Source: Candidatus Peregrinibacteria bacterium | Lineage (GTDB): Bacteria; Patescibacteriota; Gracilibacteria; UBA1369; LOWO2-01-FULL-3 | Reading direction: 5' to 3' | NCBI GenBank assembly: GCA_016206505.1 | Contig: JACQRJ010000024.1 | Location: forward strand, 1 to 46,031 | DNA: 46,031 nucleotides | Shown here: positions 8,167 to 17,688 of the stretch, one piece after another | Position numbering within the stretch: the first letter of the stretch is position 1 | Layout of the letters: each line of letters starts with the position of its first letter | Position numbers and translations under genes: made by a program | Notes under the pieces: generated by a model | Databases searched by the model: none | Seen by the model: only the letters and a program-made list of their open reading frames with translations | What the model was told of the DNA's origin: nothing

Positions 8167-10566
8167 ATGCAATCACAATCCTCTTCAACAAACTTTGGCC
8201 CTTTTGAACTGCTCACATTATTTGTCGTCAACACGGGACTGGCTGGAGTTTTTTTGCTTACCCTGAATCATTTTGATTCGCTTTACAGCCTGCTTATCGG
8301 AGCATTCCTCACGGCCATTGTGATGAAATTTTTCAAATGCAAATTTACCCTAAAAGATGAACGCTTCGATATTTTTTTGCTGATAATATTGTTGATCGCC
8401 GCTTTTTTCCTGGCAAAACCGTATCTCTATGTCATGGGCGGACAGGATGAAGGCCTCTATGTAAACATGTCTACAACCTATGAAGCAACCGGTAGCACCT
8501 TCATTAAGGACTACTTTCGAGAGAGCCTGCCCGAAAACTACAAAATTATCTATGACGAAAACAATATCCTCAATAGAGTGGATATAAAAGCAGGAGAATT
8601 CGAAGGAAGTCATCTTCCAGGCATATACGTCAGAAACTTCGCCAATTCCGAGTATGTTTATCAATTTTATCCGACACATCCGGTATGGATGGCCATTTTT
8701 GCGAAAATTTTCGGCTCCGATAACAGAGTCTATTCTTTGGTATTCTTTGCACTGCTTTCTATTGTGACTTTTTTCCTTATTGCCTATGAATTTTCAAACC
8801 GAAAAAAACTGCCCGGATACCTTGTTGCTCTATTCTTGGCCATCAATCCACTTTTTATCTTTTTCGGTAAATTTCCCGTTTCCGAAATGGTTTCAGTCGC
8901 TTTTTCCAGCCTCGGTTTTTACTATCTCCTCAAATATTATAAAACCGCGCAAGAAGACTCCGAAAGCGCCAAAAATCCTCTCTACCTCCTCTTTTCATCA
9001 TTGGCTTTCTTGAATCTCTTTTTAAACCACATTTCCGGATTCCTTTACATTCCTTTTTTCTATCTGCTGTTATTAATGACCGTAGTTTTCATTAACGAAA
9101 AAAATCTCAAAAAAAATCTGATTATCTATTACCTTTCGATTTTCACAGCATATCTTCTCTCTTTATGGTACGGCCTGCATTACTCCTGGCCATATTCCTA
9201 TGACATCTACCGTCTGGAATTACAAAGATTTGCCATCATTGATTGGAAATTGCAACTGACGATTATGGTGACACTTATGACCGCACTCCCTTTTGTATTA
9301 TCCCGTTTCAAATCAAAAATAGTAGAATTGAAAAATCGCTTTCAGCCACACGCCTTGTCCATAATGGTTTTATTGATAATTTTGATGATTCCGCGAAATC
9401 TTTACATCCTCTATCAGCAGGGAATAGCCGAAAATAATCTTTTCTATTATCTTATCACTTCCACCAGTTACATCACCATGCTCTATCTGACACCGTTTGG
9501 CGCTTTGTTGTTTTTGCTTGGCCTCAACAAGCTCAGAAAATCAAAAGATGCTGCCGGTTTTGCCCTGCTGGCTTTCCTTTTACTGGTTTGGGCTATGAAG
9601 GTACACTTTGGAGTACGCATAAATTATCAATTCTACGCTTCACGTTATCTTTTTAATGAAGTGGTCGTTTATTCGCTACTTTTAATCGGAATTTACGGAG
9701 GATATTTACTTGAAAAAACGAATTACAAAAAGTATTTGGCCGCCCTATTCATAGCCGGAATGTCACTTTATTCCGTCTACTATACAGCCTATCAATTGCA
9801 GGGCCAGGAAGCTGACGGTGCAAATCAGGCACTCTCGCAGGTAGCGGCACATGTCAACGAAAAAGATCTCCTTTTGCCTACCTCTCTCGGGCATGAAATT
9901 CTCACTCCATTGCGCTATTACTATAGTTTGCCTGTTTTCGCTTTCAATCGTTTATCTCTCGACGATGCAGCTTTTGTCGAATATCTGATGGATACTTACA
10001 ACGATGTTTTCATCCTCGCTCCTGAACCGCTCTACAACACCAATTTGGAAATCATTGATATCATTGCTTACAAAGAGGGCATTTTTGAACATCCTGCTCA
10101 TAAAATCCCCACAGAATTTTTCTATCACAACACACTCAATCTCTACCTCTACAGAATCAACCGTTACGACTATTTCACCAAGAACAAAATCATTCGTCCG
10201 AAAAATTATCCGCTTACCAATTTTTATAATGATTCTTATTGGACTGACGGCAATGGCTTAATCGGCGGATTAAATTTAAAAATGCATCCCGATAACACAT
10301 ATCTCATTCTGAAAACCGGTGGCCATAACCCCTTGAGAGGTGATCTTGAAAGTCTTGGTCTGCAAATTTTCATCAACGATATCGAATTGAAATTCAGTAA
10401 AAAAGAAGGAGAAGATTATTATTTTGAAGTGAATCCCAAGATCAAGGAATTAAAAGAAATCAATGAAATTCGGATCAAATCATCAACATTCAAACCCAAG
10501 GATTTCGGCATCAATGATGACGAAAGACCGCTGGGCATAGATGTTAACTACATAATGATCAAATAG
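8167..10566 (+). CDS. Large polytopic membrane protein, possibly a GT-C-fold glycosyltransferase, with an extracytoplasmic C-terminal domain
   Basis: Many hydrophobic helices. A GGQDEGLY acidic motif in the first large loop and QFYPTHPVW. Start placed at ATG 8167 (in frame with 8074). Confidence 0.6.
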   Translation: MQSQSSSTNFGPFELLTLFVVNTGLAGVFLLTLNHFDSLYSLLIGAFLTAIVMKFFKCKFTLKDERFDIFLLIILLIAAFFLAKPYLYVMGGQDEGLYVNMSTTYEATGSTFIKDYFRESLPENYKIIYDENNILNRVDIKAGEFEGSHLPGIYVRNFANSEYVYQFYPTHPVWMAIFAKIFGSDNRVYSLVFFALLSIVTFFLIAYEFSNRKKLPGYLVALFLAINPLFIFFGKFPVSEMVSVAFSSLGFYYLLKYYKTAQEDSESAKNPLYLLFSSLAFLNLFLNHISGFLYIPFFYLLLLMTVVFINEKNLKKNLIIYYLSIFTAYLLSLWYGLHYSWPYSYDIYRLELQRFAIIDWKLQLTIMVTLMTALPFVLSRFKSKIVELKNRFQPHALSIMVLLIILMIPRNLYILYQQGIAENNLFYYLITSTSYITMLYLTPFGALLFLLGLNKLRKSKDAAGFALLAFLLLVWAMKVHFGVRINYQFYASRYLFNEVVVYSLLLIGIYGGYLLEKTNYKKYLAALFIAGMSLYSVYYTAYQLQGQEADGANQALSQVAAHVNEKDLLLPTSLGHEILTPLRYYYSLPVFAFNRLSLDDAAFVEYLMDTYNDVFILAPEPLYNTNLEIIDIIAYKEGIFEHPAHKIPTEFFYHNTLNLYLYRINRYDYFTKNKIIRPKNYPLTNFYNDSYWTDGNGLIGGLNLKMHPDNTYLILKTGGHNPLRGDLESLGLQIFINDIELKFSKKEGEDYYFEVNPKIKELKEINEIRIKSSTFKPKDFGINDDERPLGIDVNYIMIK

Positions 10567-10571
10567 CCTAA

Positions 10572-11528
10572 ATGTACCGCGACAAAAAAATAGCCCTCGT
10601 CATCCCCGCCCACAATGAGGAAAAACTCATCAAGCCGACACTTGAAAGTGTGCCTGAAGTTATAGACACAATTTATGTCGTCGATGACAAAAGCACGGAT
10701 AATCAAAATGAAGTAGTAAGAGAATGTGCAAAGAAAGATCACCGGATTCACCTGATCGTTCATGAGAAAAATTTGGGGCCCGGCGGCGCTATCATTAGCG
10801 GCTATTTGCGATCATCCGAAGACAATAATGACATCACTGTCGTGGTCGGCGGAGATCATCAGATGCCCTTACACGAAGTTTCTCATTTCTTGGATCCCCT
10901 TATCGACGAAAAGGCCGATTACACCAAAGGAAACCGCTTTCTTCTAAGTAAATTTGAAGACACCCTCCGAAAAATGCCAAAGATCAGGCTGATCGGTAAC
11001 TGGATCATCACTGCGCTCACAAAAATCGCTTCCGGCTACTACAAAACCATGGATGTAGTCGACGGCTATACCGCAATCACCAAAAGAGCCATCGACATCA
11101 TAAACTGGAAAAGAGCCTGGAAAGGCTACGGCTATCCGATGGATTTTTTGATCCGCTTAAACGCTTACGGCTTCAAAATCATCGACATCCCACGCACGGC
11201 AATCTACCTTCCCGGCGAAAAACAATCGCAAATCAAAGGCTTCAGCTACATGATGAAAGTTTCTCCAATGCTTATACGAGGCTTCTTTTGGCGGCTGAAA
11301 TTCAAGTATCTTTATATCAATTTCCACCCGCTCGTTTTTTTCTACTATATTTCCTTCGTCCTTCTGCCGACAGGCCTGATTTACAGCACATATCTGGTTG
11401 TAGACAAATTGGCCTACGGCGGCATCGGAGTCACTTCTTCCAGAGCAATCTTCGCCGCACTGCTCATCATAACCGGACTGCTTTTTTTGCTTTTTGCAAT
11501 GCTTTTTGATATGGAAGAAGGCAAATAA
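10572..11528 (+). CDS. Glycosyltransferase family 2 (DPM-synthase-like) with two C-terminal TM helices
   Basis: VIPAHNEE, VVDDKSTD, NLGPGGAI, GGDHQM and KGNRF. Confidence 0.9.
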   Translation: MYRDKKIALVIPAHNEEKLIKPTLESVPEVIDTIYVVDDKSTDNQNEVVRECAKKDHRIHLIVHEKNLGPGGAIISGYLRSSEDNNDITVVVGGDHQMPLHEVSHFLDPLIDEKADYTKGNRFLLSKFEDTLRKMPKIRLIGNWIITALTKIASGYYKTMDVVDGYTAITKRAIDIINWKRAWKGYGYPMDFLIRLNAYGFKIIDIPRTAIYLPGEKQSQIKGFSYMMKVSPMLIRGFFWRLKFKYLYINFHPLVFFYYISFVLLPTGLIYSTYLVVDKLAYGGIGVTSSRAIFAALLIITGLLFLLFAMLFDMEEGK

Positions 11529-11547
11529 AATCCTCAAATAATCAAAC

Positions 11548-12696
11548 ATGGAAGCCCATAAGCCTTTGAAAATTTGTTCCCGCTGCGTTTACGACATAAC
11601 AATTCCCGACATTGTCTTTGATGTAAACGGCATTTGCCAGTTTTGCAAAATGCACGATTTGATGGAGAAAAAATATCCCCACAACGCAGAAGGCGAAAAA
11701 AATCTGCAAAAACTGCTCGCAAAAATCAAAAAAACCGGCAAAAACAATCGCTACGATTGTGTCATCGGCGTAAGCGGAGGCACGGACAGTACCTACATGC
11801 TCCATTTGGCGGTCAAAGCCGGACTGCGTCCATTGGCCGTGCATTTCGACAACGGCTGGAATTCGGAAATAGCCGTGAGAAACATTCAAAATTCCACAAA
11901 CAAACTCGGCATCGATCTGGAAACTGTCGTCGCCGATTGGGAAGAATTCAAAGATCTGCAGCTGGCTTTCCTCAAGGCTTCCGTTTCCGACGCGGAAATC
12001 CCCACCGATGTGGCAATTCATGCGGTTTTGCACGACATCGCCGCCAAGGAAAACGTAAAATACGTCTTTTTCGGCCATTCCTTCCGCAACGAAGGTATTG
12101 TCCCCGTGAGCTGGACCTACATGGAAGGCAAATATTTAAACAGCGTCCACAAGAAATTCGGGCGCAAAAAAATCACAAGTTTTCCAAATATCACTTTAGG
12201 CAGTCTCTTCTATTATCGCTTTATCAAGGGCATAAAATCGATTCCCTTCATGAATTATTTTGAGTACGACAAATTGAAAGTCAAAGACCTTTTGGAAAAA
12301 GAACTAGGCTGGCGCTATTACGGCGGTCATCATCACGAATCGCTTTATACCAAATTTTTCCAGTCCTACTATTTGCCGAAAAAATTCAATATCGACAAAA
12401 GAAAGCTCGAATACGCCGCTTTTATCCGCAGCGGAATCATGACTAGAGAAGAAGCGTTGAAAGAAATCGCAGCCGAAGAATACCCCTACGACAAAGACCT
12501 GATCGGCTACGTGATCGAAAAATTGGGAATTACCAAAGAAGAATTTGATCAAATCATGAACGCAAAACGCAAAAGTTTTCATGATTATCCGACATATTAT
12601 CCGATGCTCAAACTTTTAAAACCTTTCCTTTTTCTCGGCTTTAAACTAGGCTTTGTACCGGAAATCATTTACTACAAGTATTTCTACAAAGCATGA
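11548..12696 (+). CDS. N-acetyl sugar amidotransferase (WbuX/WbpG family, PP-loop)
   Basis: CSRC..CQFC Zn motif, IGVSGGTDS PP-loop, VHFDNGWNSE and YYGGHHHES. Confidence 0.9.
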   Translation: MEAHKPLKICSRCVYDITIPDIVFDVNGICQFCKMHDLMEKKYPHNAEGEKNLQKLLAKIKKTGKNNRYDCVIGVSGGTDSTYMLHLAVKAGLRPLAVHFDNGWNSEIAVRNIQNSTNKLGIDLETVVADWEEFKDLQLAFLKASVSDAEIPTDVAIHAVLHDIAAKENVKYVFFGHSFRNEGIVPVSWTYMEGKYLNSVHKKFGRKKITSFPNITLGSLFYYRFIKGIKSIPFMNYFEYDKLKVKDLLEKELGWRYYGGHHHESLYTKFFQSYYLPKKFNIDKRKLEYAAFIRSGIMTREEALKEIAAEEYPYDKDLIGYVIEKLGITKEEFDQIMNAKRKSFHDYPTYYPMLKLLKPFLFLGFKLGFVPEIIYYKYFYKA

Positions 12697-13316
12697 TAGT
12701 TATCGTTGATTTTGGCATGGGCAACCTGCGCTCTATTTTGAAAAAATTTGAAATGATCAAAGTCGGCGCGGTCATTTCTTCAAAGCCGGAAGATATTTTG
12801 AATGCTGAAAAACTCGTTCTTCCCGGAGTTGGCAATTTCGGCCAGGGTATGAAAAACATCCGGCAATACGGCTTATTACCGGTTCTTGAGCGGGCCATTT
12901 TGATCAAGAAAATCCCGATTCTCGGCGTCTGCCTTGGTATGCAGCTTTTTGCACAGTTTAGTGAAGAGGGAGATTGTGCCGGTTTGGGCTTTATCAAAGG
13001 AAAAATTACCCATTTTAATTTTGAAAATTTACCGCAAACGCAAAATCTTCGTATCCCTCATGTCGGTTGGAATAATATAAAAATCAAAAAAGAAACCGAT
13101 TTACTCAAAAACATCCCTGAAAATACGCGCTTTTATTTCACTCATTCTTACCATTACACCAATGTCGCCGAAGAAAATATTATTGCCACCACCGATTACG
13201 GCTACGATTTTCCGTCAATCATCCGGCAGGAAAATATTTATGGCACACAATTTCACCCTGAAAAAAGCCATCTGCTCGGATTGGAAATCTACAAAAATTT
13301 TATCAACCACTGTTAA
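12693..13316 (+). CDS. hisH: HisH-like glutamine amidotransferase (glycan-associated WbuY type)
   Basis: DFGMGNLRS, LPGVG, GVCLGMQL, PHVGWN and QFHPEKS. Confidence 0.9.
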   Translation: MIVIVDFGMGNLRSILKKFEMIKVGAVISSKPEDILNAEKLVLPGVGNFGQGMKNIRQYGLLPVLERAILIKKIPILGVCLGMQLFAQFSEEGDCAGLGFIKGKITHFNFENLPQTQNLRIPHVGWNNIKIKKETDLLKNIPENTRFYFTHSYHYTNVAEENIIATTDYGYDFPSIIRQENIYGTQFHPEKSHLLGLEIYKNFINHC

Positions 13317-13318
13317 AT

Positions 13319-14083
13319 ATGCTCCTTCCGCGCGTTATTCCATGTTTGCTTTTGAAAGGTCTTGGTCTGGTCAAAGGAGTGCAATTCAAAGATCATCGTT
13401 ATATCGGTGATCCGATGAATGCCGTTCAGATATTCAATACGATGGAGGCCGACGAAATGCTCTTTCTGGACATTTTGGCAACAGCCGAAAACCGCATCCC
13501 CGATCTTGATTTAATTCAAAAAATCGCTGACCAAAGCCTAATGCCCTTCGGTGTCGGCGGAGGAATCCAAAATACAACACATATACGCGATATCTTAAGA
13601 GCCGGAGCTGAAAAAGTCTGTCTCAACACCTACGCCTTAAAAAATCCGGATTTAATAACTGAAGCCGCAAATATTTTTGGCCGCCAAAGTTTAGTCGTTT
13701 CCATCGATATCAAAAAACACAAAAAAGGCCATTATGAAGTCTATACAAACTGCGGCAGCAAGCTGTTTTCCGAAGATCTGCAAGGCGTTTGTGTATTGAT
13801 GCAGGAAAAAGGTGCCGGCGAAATCTTGCTAAACTCCATCGATAGAGACGGCACAATGTCCGGCTACGCCTTGGAAATCATTAGCGAAATGTCAAAGTAT
13901 ATTAATGTCCCGCTGATAATTTGCGGCGGCGCCGGCACAATCCGGGATCTCAAAGATGGCATCCATATAGGCCATGCCAGTGCGGTCGCCGCCGGAAGCA
14001 TGTTTGTCTTCCATGGCCCGAGACGCGCGGTCTTGATCAGCTATCCAGATGCAAAGGAACTGGCGGAAATTAGAGGAGAGTAG
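13319..14083 (+). CDS. hisF: HisF-like cyclase paralogue (WbuZ/AglZ type)
   Basis: PRVIPCLLL, YIGDPMNAV, GAGEILLNSIDRDGTMSG and AAGSMFVFHG..AVLISYP. Confidence 0.88.
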   Translation: MLLPRVIPCLLLKGLGLVKGVQFKDHRYIGDPMNAVQIFNTMEADEMLFLDILATAENRIPDLDLIQKIADQSLMPFGVGGGIQNTTHIRDILRAGAEKVCLNTYALKNPDLITEAANIFGRQSLVVSIDIKKHKKGHYEVYTNCGSKLFSEDLQGVCVLMQEKGAGEILLNSIDRDGTMSGYALEIISEMSKYINVPLIICGGAGTIRDLKDGIHIGHASAVAAGSMFVFHGPRRAVLISYPDAKELAEIRGE

Positions 14084-14122
14084 TACTTTATTGAAAACAT
14101 TTTTCTTAAAACAGCACGCCCA

Positions 14123-15880
14123 ATGATTCACAATAAATCCGTTCTTGCACTCATCCTGGCTCGCGGAGGCAGCAAGCGCCTTCCGGGAAAAAATATCAAA
14201 AATATAGGCGGCAAGCCCATGATCGCCTGGTCTATCGAGGCAGCAAAAAATTCCAAATATCTCGACCGCACAATTGTTTCGACTGATTCGCAGGAAATCG
14301 CTGAAGTAAGCAAAAAATACGGCGCAGATATTCCTTTTGAAAGACCGGCCGAGCTTGCCACCGATACTGCCGGATCAATCGACGTTGTGCTCCACGCAAT
14401 CAATTGGCTCAAGGAAAATGAAAAAAAAGAATATGACTATATTCTCTTGCTGCAGGCCACTTCCCCTTTACGAACTTCCCAACATATTGATGAAGCGATC
14501 GAACATATTGAAAATAAAAAAGAAATGGATGCTGTAGTCTCTTTTTATCCATGGGACAAAAAGCCCGAGTGGGTTTATTGCAAAAATCAAAACGGCTTTC
14601 TTGAGGCTTGCCTGGAGACAAAAGAAGAGTTCAAAACAGTTTCGCCGATGCTCATGCCAAACGGAGCAGTCTACATCATAAAAACCGAATCTTTTTTGAA
14701 AGAGAAAACTTTTTATGCCAAAAAGCTGGATGCCTATCTGATGGACAGAGAAGACAGTGCCGATGTTGATGAGCAATATGATTTTGATCTGGCCGAATTT
14801 TTCCTGAAAAAAAGAGACGCACAAAAAGCCTCCGTCTTTATCAACAATATTGAAATCAATGAAGGCAAAAAAGTTTTCATCATTGCCGAAGCCGGAGTAA
14901 ATCACAACGGAGAACTGGAGAAAGCCCTGGCCCTTGTAGATCTGGCGGCGGATATCGGCGCCGATGCCGTAAAATTTCAAACTTTCAAAGCGCATCAGGT
15001 TGTTACTGCACAGGGTGAAATGGCACAGTATCAGAAAAAGAATCTCGGCTTTGAAAAAAGCCAGCTTGAAATGCTTCAGGACATTGAGTTGCCGGAAAAT
15101 TTTTATCCACCGCTGATTAATCGCTGCAAGGAAAAAGGCATTCTTTTTCTGTCAACTCCTCACGGCGGCATCGAAAGCGTCAAATTTTTGGAAAGCATTG
15201 ATTTGCAAGCTTACAAAATCGGCTCCGGCGATATCACCAATTATCTCCTGCTGGATGCCGTTGCGCAGACCAAAAAACCGATAATTTTGGCTACGGGAAT
15301 GTCAACTCTCGAAGAGGTCAAAAGTGCTGTGGAATTTATCAGATGGAAAGGTAACGACAAAATTATCCTTTTACACTGCACCTCAAACTATCCCTGTCCC
15401 TCAAAAGATGTAAACATGGCCGCCATGAAAACTCTCATGACCGGGCTGAACTTGCCCGTAGGTTATTCGGACCACACACAAGGAAACGAAGCGGCTATTA
15501 TGGCTACCGCACTTGGTCAGGCGCTTTATGAATTTCATTTCACTTTGGATAAAAACTTGCCCGGCCCTGATCATGTGGCTTCGACTAGCCCTGAAGAAGC
15601 CCGCGAAAGAGTAAAGGCGATAAGACTTGCCTCTTTAATGATGGGAAGTTCGATCAAAGAGCCGACAATTGATGAAAAACAATTTACTCTGCCTATTGCA
15701 CGCCGCAGTCTTGTGGCATCAAAGGATTTAAAAGTCGGCCAGGTTATAACAGTGCTGGATCTGGAAGCCAAGCGTCCCGCCAACGGGCTATCAGCACAAT
15801 ATTTTGAACAGCTTATTGGTAAAAAGTTATTAAAGGATTTAAAAAAAGATCAACAATTCTCGCTTACGGATGTCGGTTAA
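14123..15880 (+). CDS. neuB: Fusion of a CMP-nonulosonate synthetase (NeuA) and a nonulosonate synthase (NeuB with SAF domain)
   Basis: N-terminal ILARGGSKRLPGKN and LQATSPLR. From about aa 250: FIIAEAGVNHNG, VKFQTF, KIGSGD, HCTSNYP, GYSDHT, HFTLDK and RRSLVA. Confidence 0.92.
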   Translation: MIHNKSVLALILARGGSKRLPGKNIKNIGGKPMIAWSIEAAKNSKYLDRTIVSTDSQEIAEVSKKYGADIPFERPAELATDTAGSIDVVLHAINWLKENEKKEYDYILLLQATSPLRTSQHIDEAIEHIENKKEMDAVVSFYPWDKKPEWVYCKNQNGFLEACLETKEEFKTVSPMLMPNGAVYIIKTESFLKEKTFYAKKLDAYLMDREDSADVDEQYDFDLAEFFLKKRDAQKASVFINNIEINEGKKVFIIAEAGVNHNGELEKALALVDLAADIGADAVKFQTFKAHQVVTAQGEMAQYQKKNLGFEKSQLEMLQDIELPENFYPPLINRCKEKGILFLSTPHGGIESVKFLESIDLQAYKIGSGDITNYLLLDAVAQTKKPIILATGMSTLEEVKSAVEFIRWKGNDKIILLHCTSNYPCPSKDVNMAAMKTLMTGLNLPVGYSDHTQGNEAAIMATALGQALYEFHFTLDKNLPGPDHVASTSPEEARERVKAIRLASLMMGSSIKEPTIDEKQFTLPIARRSLVASKDLKVGQVITVLDLEAKRPANGLSAQYFEQLIGKKLLKDLKKDQQFSLTDVG

Positions 15881-15886
15881 AAATTT

Positions 15887-17035
15887 ATGAAAAAGAAAAA
15901 AATCGCCTATGTCACCTGCACTCGAACGGATTATGGCCTGATGCTTCCCGTGCTTCAGGCTGTGCAAAATAGTCCGGAATTGGAACTGAAACTTTATTAT
16001 TCCGGCCTCCATTTGATGAAAAAATTCGGCAATACTCAAGCCATGGTGAAGAAAGATTTTCCTGCGGCAAAACTTGTAAAAGGAACTTTTAAATCCGACA
16101 ATCGCTTTGGAGTTACGGAATTTATTGGGACATTTATCAAAAATCTTGCGGCAAGTTTTGCCGCAGATCGTCCGGATTTTGTATTGAATATAGGAGATAG
16201 ACCCGAAGTGCTTGCGATAGCAACTGTTTGTGTATATTTGGGCATCCCCAGTGGCCACTTGCATGGCGGAGACAAAAGCTCAACAGTAGATGAAATCGCC
16301 AGACACGCCATTACAAAATTATCACACCTTCACTTCCCGGCCACAAAAGACGCTGCAACCAGAATAAAAAAAATGGGCGAAGAGCCATGGCGTATTCATG
16401 TATGCGGCGCCCCCGCTCTTGACTACATCATGCAGGAAAAATTACTGACCCGAAAAGAGCTCTGCGCAGATCTCCATCTTGATCCAAAATCGCAATTCAT
16501 TTTGATACTGCAGCATCCTGCCAGCGAAAATTATTCGCAATCCGGCGAGCAAATGCGACAAACTATTGCAGCCGCTAAAACATTCAAGCTTCCCATAGTC
16601 ATAATTTATCCAAATGGCGACCCCGGAAGCCGGGCAATGATCAATATCATACAAAAAGAAAAAGACAATTCCCTATTTCGCATTTTCACTAATCTTGAAT
16701 ACAAAAAATTTCTCACTCTGGAAAAAGAAGCGGCCGTTTGGCTTAGCAATAGCAGTGCGGCCATGATCGAATCTTCTTCATTCAAAACTCCCGTTGTAAA
16801 TATCGGAAATCGGCAAGATGGCAGACTCCACGGTAACAACGTAATTCACGCAGCCTGTAAAAAGGATGAAATCATGAAGGCCATCGAAAAATCATTATTT
16901 GATAAGACATATTTAAAAAGTTTGAAAACAATCAAAAACCCCTGGGGGCAGGGCAAGGCCGGTAAGCGCATAGCTCAAATACTTGCTGAAATTGAATTAA
17001 ATCAGGAATTGCTATATAAAAAGATTACTTTTTGA
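15887..17035 (+). CDS. neuC: UDP-N-acetylglucosamine/UDP-diNAcBac 2-epimerase (hydrolysing), copy 1
   Basis: TRTDYGL, GDRPE, HLHGGD, DEIARHAITKLSHLHF, SNSSA and IGNRQDGR. Confidence 0.92.
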   Translation: MKKKKIAYVTCTRTDYGLMLPVLQAVQNSPELELKLYYSGLHLMKKFGNTQAMVKKDFPAAKLVKGTFKSDNRFGVTEFIGTFIKNLAASFAADRPDFVLNIGDRPEVLAIATVCVYLGIPSGHLHGGDKSSTVDEIARHAITKLSHLHFPATKDAATRIKKMGEEPWRIHVCGAPALDYIMQEKLLTRKELCADLHLDPKSQFILILQHPASENYSQSGEQMRQTIAAAKTFKLPIVIIYPNGDPGSRAMINIIQKEKDNSLFRIFTNLEYKKFLTLEKEAAVWLSNSSAAMIESSSFKTPVVNIGNRQDGRLHGNNVIHAACKKDEIMKAIEKSLFDKTYLKSLKTIKNPWGQGKAGKRIAQILAEIELNQELLYKKITF

Positions 17036-17058
17036 TCGCATATAAGCTTGCATAAGCT

Positions 17059-17688
17059 ATGAAAGACATATTTATCTTTGGAGCCGGCGGACACGGCAAG
17101 GTTATTTTGGACATCCTTATGGAATGCGATTTGAAAATCCAGGGCTTTATTGACGAAAATCCGGAAAAGGTGGGACAAACCGTAAGCGGATATCCCATAC
17201 TTGGAGGCTGGGAAGTTCTCGAAAAGAGCAAAAATGCCGCCTTGTCTTTGGGGATTGGTAATAATATAATGCGCGAGAAAACTTTTGCAAAAGCGCAAAG
17301 CCTGGGATGCGATATACTATCGGCTATTCACCCCAGGGCTACGATTTCAAGAGACACCAAAATAGGTGAAGGAAGTGTAATTATGGCAAATGCTGTTATT
17401 AACCCCGGAGTAATCATGGAAGAAGGAGTAGTCGTAAATACGGGAGCCACGGTAGACCATGACTGTTTTTTAAAAAGATTTTGCCACGTTCACCCTGGAG
17501 GCAATCTTGCCGGAAGAGTAATTCTTGGTGAATTTTCTTATGTCGGTACTGGAACAGCAATCATTCAGACATTGACTATAGGTAAAAACGTCATTATCGG
17601 CGCTGGCGCCGCCGTCGTCAAAGACTTGCCGGACAATGTTACAGCCGTTGGCGTACCTGCAAAAATCATTAAACATCACACAGTATGA
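17059..17688 (+). CDS. NeuD/PglD-family sugar acetyltransferase
   Basis: FGAGGHGKV, IHPRA, NTGATVDHDC and GVPAK. Confidence 0.9.
   Translation: MKDIFIFGAGGHGKVILDILMECDLKIQGFIDENPEKVGQTVSGYPILGGWEVLEKSKNAALSLGIGNNIMREKTFAKAQSLGCDILSAIHPRATISRDTKIGEGSVIMANAVINPGVIMEEGVVVNTGATVDHDCFLKRFCHVHPGGNLAGRVILGEFSYVGTGTAIIQTLTIGKNVIIGAGAAVVKDLPDNVTAVGVPAKIIKHHTV

Noticed and set aside
8074-8191. Head-to-head overlap of lhgO and the membrane protein as given in the ORF track
   Set aside because: Downstream ATGs (8110 on minus, 8167 on plus) remove the overlap and leave room for promoters.
12693-14083. hisH/hisF (here and at 27473-29074) as a histidine operon
   Set aside because: No other his genes are present, and both pairs adjoin N-acetyl sugar amidotransferases, the known glycan-modifying context.
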